From the NCBI RefSeq assembly GCF_000143415.4, contig NW_003314340.1:1-64000 (forward strand): a stretch of 64,000 nt of DNA, written 5' to 3'. The translations under genes and the position numbers were made by a program. The DNA comes from Selaginella moellendorffii. Its lineage: Eukaryota > Plantae > Lycopodiophyta. Numbering within the stretch: position 1 is the first letter of the stretch; each line of letters begins with the position of its first letter. Below are positions 60,141-64,000 of this stretch, in pieces. Below the pieces are notes generated by a model. It made no database searches, was not told where the DNA came from, and saw only the letters and a list, made by a program, of their open reading frames with translations.

Positions 60141-60203
60141 AAACCATCAATCCAAAGTTCTAAACTCAATGATAGTAGAGAGAGAGAGAGAGAATTCACT
60201 AAT

Positions 60204-62213
60204 TTAGTTGCTAGTGTTTCTTCTAGTGAGCAACAGGTACGGAGCAGCATTTCTCGGCTCAAGGACAAACACTCTACTTGCCGCCAAGTTCATCGTGGAG
60301 TCAGGGCTATAACTCTTCCTGCAAGCTCCGAGAAAGCAAGTCCACTCAGGAGCTTGCGGCTTGAACGGCATGTTTGCGAGAAGATCCTGGGCTTCGTCCA
60401 GTCGCCCAGCTCGCCCCAGCAAGTCGATCACACACCCATAGTGGTGCTTGCTCGTTCTCACGCCATAGTCCATTCTCATGGAGCAAAACCATCCATATCC
60501 CGCCTCCAAGTCCCCCGAATGGCTACACTCGAGTAGAATCCACGTAAAGCTGATCTCATCTGGGCTGCTCGCGCCTTCCATCGTCATCTCTCTAAACATC
60601 TCCTCGGCGGTGCCGATGTTTTGCGAGCTCTGTGCGAGAACTCCCAGCATCGTGTTCCACAGCGGCAAATCCTCGTCGCGACTGATGGTCTCGAAGATCT
60701 TTCTCGCGGCGCTGGGCCTGCCATCACCGGCGATGGCGGCGATGAGCAAGCTCCACGACGCAGCGTTCTTGTGCGGCATCGCGGTAAAGAACCGCTCGAG
60801 CTGTTCCATATGCCCTTCTCGGGCATACGCGACGAGGATAGCGTTCCAGGAGCTCACGTCGTGGGCAGGCATGGAATCCACAATCGCCTTGGCCTCTTCC
60901 ACACGCCCAAGCTGGGAAAACCCATTTACCATCGCGTTGCATGCCACCACGCTCCACTCGCGCATCGCCGAGAACACGTCCATCGCCTCAAGCAAAAGCC
61001 CTCGTTGTGCATATGCGTGGATCGCCGACGTAGATGAAACCACGTCGTGGTGTGGCATCCTATCCAGCAGAGCTTCGGCGTCCTGGTATCTCCCACTCTG
61101 AGCGTAGGCGCACATCATGGTGACAAACGAGACGAGGTTCTGGCGCGGCATGGCCGCGAAGAAAATCCTAGAATTCTCCAAGGAGTTTAGGTCGCGAGCA
61201 TAGACGCTCAGCATGGCATTCCAGCACGCGATATCGTCATTGTACCGAGCCGGGATGCTCGCAAAGATGCGCTCCGCTTCACTGGCTCGATTGCTGTGAG
61301 CGCAGCCGCCGAGAATCGTCGTGCACGACACGGAGTTTCGCTCGGGCATGGCGTTAAAGAGCTCCAAGGCAGAATCAAGATGCTCGCATTGGGTATATGC
61401 AGATAGCATGGCGTTCCACGAAATAAAATCCCTCGCAGGCATCTCGTCAAAAACCCTTTTAGCTTGTTCTAAATGCCCGTGTTTTGCAAAGCACGACAGC
61501 ATAGCCGTGCATGAAATGGTATTCCACTCGGGGATTAACCCAAAAAACTCCTTAGCTTCAGACAGATGCCCCAAGGTGGCAACTGTAGCAAACATGGCAC
61601 TCCACGAAGTTAAATCTTTCGCGGGCATGCGATCAAACACATCCTTGGCTTCCTCAAAACAATCCGCTTGCGAGTATCCTGACAACAGCGCATTCCAGGA
61701 GCTCAAGTTCCAAACCGGCATCCCATCAAAAACCTCCTGTGCTTTCTCCAAATGCCCAGCTTGGGCATATCCAGTAAGCATCACATTCCACGACACCGGA
61801 TCCCTGTCCTCCAAATCCATGCCATCAAAGATCGCCCTCGCTTCATCCATACTCTCACCCTGGACGAGCGCAGTCAAAATCGTGTTCCATGACACCGAGT
61901 CTTTGCACGGGATGGCCTCGAACAACCGCCTGGCGTCCTCCAATTCCCCGTTCTGGGCATGCGCCGAGAGCAGCAAGTTCCACGAGAAGACATCTTTGTG
62001 GCGGATGCCGTCAAAGACGCCGCGAGCGTTTTGGAGGCTGCCGCATTTGCCATACATCTGGACGAGCAAGTTGGAGAGGAAAGTGTCGAATTCGAGACTC
62101 TTGTGCAAGTGGAGGAGCTGTGCGTGGAGCTGCGTCGCTCGAGAAAGGCTTGTGCATGACTTGATGCGCTCGACCCACTGGCCAACGCCCAGTTTCTCGT
62201 GTATGCTTCTCAT
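60204..62213 (-). CDS. PLS-class PPR protein, E domain, no DYW (PPR-F)
   Basis: Intronless ORF with first ATG at 62213; MYGKCGS, SS motifs, HYGCVIDLLGRAG and WTCFLGAC. Confidence 0.92.
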   Translation of the reverse strand: MRSIHEKLGVGQWVERIKSCTSLSRATQLHAQLLHLHKSLEFDTFLSNLLVQMYGKCGSLQNARGVFDGIRHKDVFSWNLLLSAHAQNGELEDARRLFEAIPCKDSVSWNTILTALVQGESMDEARAIFDGMDLEDRDPVSWNVMLTGYAQAGHLEKAQEVFDGMPVWNLSSWNALLSGYSQADCFEEAKDVFDRMPAKDLTSWSAMFATVATLGHLSEAKEFFGLIPEWNTISCTAMLSCFAKHGHLEQAKRVFDEMPARDFISWNAMLSAYTQCEHLDSALELFNAMPERNSVSCTTILGGCAHSNRASEAERIFASIPARYNDDIACWNAMLSVYARDLNSLENSRIFFAAMPRQNLVSFVTMMCAYAQSGRYQDAEALLDRMPHHDVVSSTSAIHAYAQRGLLLEAMDVFSAMREWSVVACNAMVNGFSQLGRVEEAKAIVDSMPAHDVSSWNAILVAYAREGHMEQLERFFTAMPHKNAASWSLLIAAIAGDGRPSAARKIFETISRDEDLPLWNTMLGVLAQSSQNIGTAEEMFREMTMEGASSPDEISFTWILLECSHSGDLEAGYGWFCSMRMDYGVRTSKHHYGCVIDLLGRAGRLDEAQDLLANMPFKPQAPEWTCFLGACRKSYSPDSTMNLAASRVFVLEPRNAAPYLLLTRRNTSN

Positions 62214-63714
62214 GGCTTTTCTTGGCAGCGGCCTGGAAAATGAGAAAACCAAGTTAAGTCTCGTGGCGGGTGCCGCACAGGGTGCATGGGGAATGTAGGG
62301 AGAAGGACGTGATGCTCACAAACTTGTTGTCAACTTTCATCATATATATTGATTGATCTATGAGAAATTTAGACAAGCTGGACATGGACAAGATTAGTGT
62401 ATTTTTTTGTATCTTCTTTAACCTCCACACTCCATGACTCCATTCAATAAGTTTATACCACTATTTGTCCTTTTGTCATTCCAAAGTCCCCAATCTTCTT
62501 GATCATCAGTTCCAGTCAAGCATGCAATCTCCTTGGCATTGCTCCCCACCACTTCGCAGGCCCAGTATTATACTGGAGAACTAAGTAACCATTCTGCCAC
62601 TTCTCAAGCTTGAATACTCCGAATGGCGGCGAGACAAGCTTGATTTCTCCAATTGCACGCTAACCTTTAGCAACTGTGATGCTAATCGCTCCTCGTCTGA
62701 TCGAAGAGCCTTCAACCCATACCATTCACCCCCGCGAGAAATTACAGTACTCCGCCGAGCATCGATCCATTCGCGCTACATCAACACAGAGTTCCAAGCT
62801 CCGATATGGACCATAGGCACAACAAGCTTGTATCGTCTTGCATTCTTGTCACTCACCATGGCCATTCCAAAGGAATATTTTGGTAAGATTCAAAATTGGG
62901 TAGTGCCTTTGAACAGAAAAGATCACACACAAATACTGTCCATATAGTAGTGAAGTCCTTCCAACTCGCAAAGAAGAAGAAGGCAAGGTTGCTCTCAAGA
63001 TCGTAGGCCATAGAGCCTTTATAGTAAAGAGGAGTATAACTCTCCTCCTGGACAGTTTGCCAGTGCTGCCGAGGAAAGCTCGATCAAAGACGACGAGGAA
63101 ATGGATGATGAGGACGAGGACTGGATGTCCTGGAAGATTGGCGAGGATGTTTTGGAGATACTCATCAAGTTCCTGTGGCTCCATCCAGGCCATTGTCTCT
63201 TACAATTGGCCGATCTCTTTGAAGAGCATGCTCCTTGTGCTGCACTTTCGAAAGCTTTGCTTGGCATCCTGAGGCCTGGAGCAATGCGAGCTTTTGTGGA
63301 CACAAATCCATCAAAAAGTCCAATGGTATTTCCTTCCATGACAACTTCCCACCATTGCGACTTTGTAGAACAAGATCAAGCTTGAGATTAGTTGGGATTG
63401 GACTTGCCAAAAGCATGAGCTTCTTAGAATTTCGCCTCGGGGATATCTTAGAGATGGTTCCAGTGGAGGACTTGGTTGTTAGTGTAAGGCCCTTCACACA
63501 TCCCTTTAGCATACTTCTCCCAAGCATATTCTCTAGAAGCAATAATGGTTATGCCTAGTCTTTGAAATCGCTTCCATGGTTCTTGCCATTTTCCAGGGCA
63601 CTCTATGTCACTGGTGCCATGCAGCGGATAGCAGACCTAAGCCAGAATCTAGCGAGCTGCTAGATAGAAAACACTTCTTGATTGCTTAGACCCTAAACCT
63701 ACGATTATAGTGAC

Positions 63715-64000
63715 CAACCTAGATTTCTCCAAGGAGGTTACGTTGCAAGCATAGACATGTCGTTCCAGCACACGACATAGTCATTGTAGATGACTGCTCC
63801 GCTGGTAGGGTCAGCCGCCGAGGATCGTCGTGCATGACACGGAGTTTCGCTCGTGGCAAAGAGCTACAAGGCCAAATCAAGATGCCCTCATTGGGCATAT
63901 GCTGCTGCATGGAATCTCGTCAAAACGTGCGACGGTATTCCACTCGGGAATCAAACCAAAAAAACTCCTTGAATTCTTGAAGATGCCCAAGGGTGGCAAC
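63715..64000 (-). pseudogene. Degenerate fragment of a PPR-F paralog running off the window edge
   Basis: Matches about 61170-61585 (e.g. tcgtgcatgacacggagtttcgctcg, gtattccactcggga) with deletions. Confidence 0.75.

Noticed and set aside
61321-62298. 325-aa plus-strand ORF
   Set aside because: Antisense to PPR-F; its periodic FH(E/D) pattern is the reverse complement of SWN codons.

Overview
Compact, intron-containing land-plant nuclear DNA. Introns of about 40-80 nt, abundant PLS/SS-type PPR genes and intergenic gaps of 0-400 bp point to a lycophyte such as Selaginella (inference). From left to right: a leader-like region with uORFs belonging to a gene beyond the left edge; a small secreted-peptide precursor gene ending RQLL-TQDPYHTY; a head-to-head PPR pair; a partly triplicated block (PPR / ABCD2-like ABC half-transporter / PPR / SRG1-like 2OG-Fe(II) dioxygenase) with reciprocal pseudogenisation and apparent gene conversion; an inverted duplicate PPR; TE-rich spacers (solo LTR, a TRIM, a gypsy remnant, interstitial telomeric repeats); a GH3 amido synthetase with an atypical P-loop and a head-to-head inverted pseudo-copy; a tight minus-strand run VARICOSE/EDC4 -> PqqL-like M16 protease -> J-domain protein; two PPR ORFs joined by TGA-ATG with no spacer; and further PPR/GH3 fragments. 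No rRNA, tRNA or CRISPR array was seen. The best novelty candidates are the orphan peptide-hormone-like gene with a clustered CCGTAC (SBP/SPL) upstream region, the TGA-ATG PPR junction, and the ABCD/2OGD/GH3 (and ABCD/PqqL) neighbourhood. All family assignments are from motif recognition by eye, without database searches.
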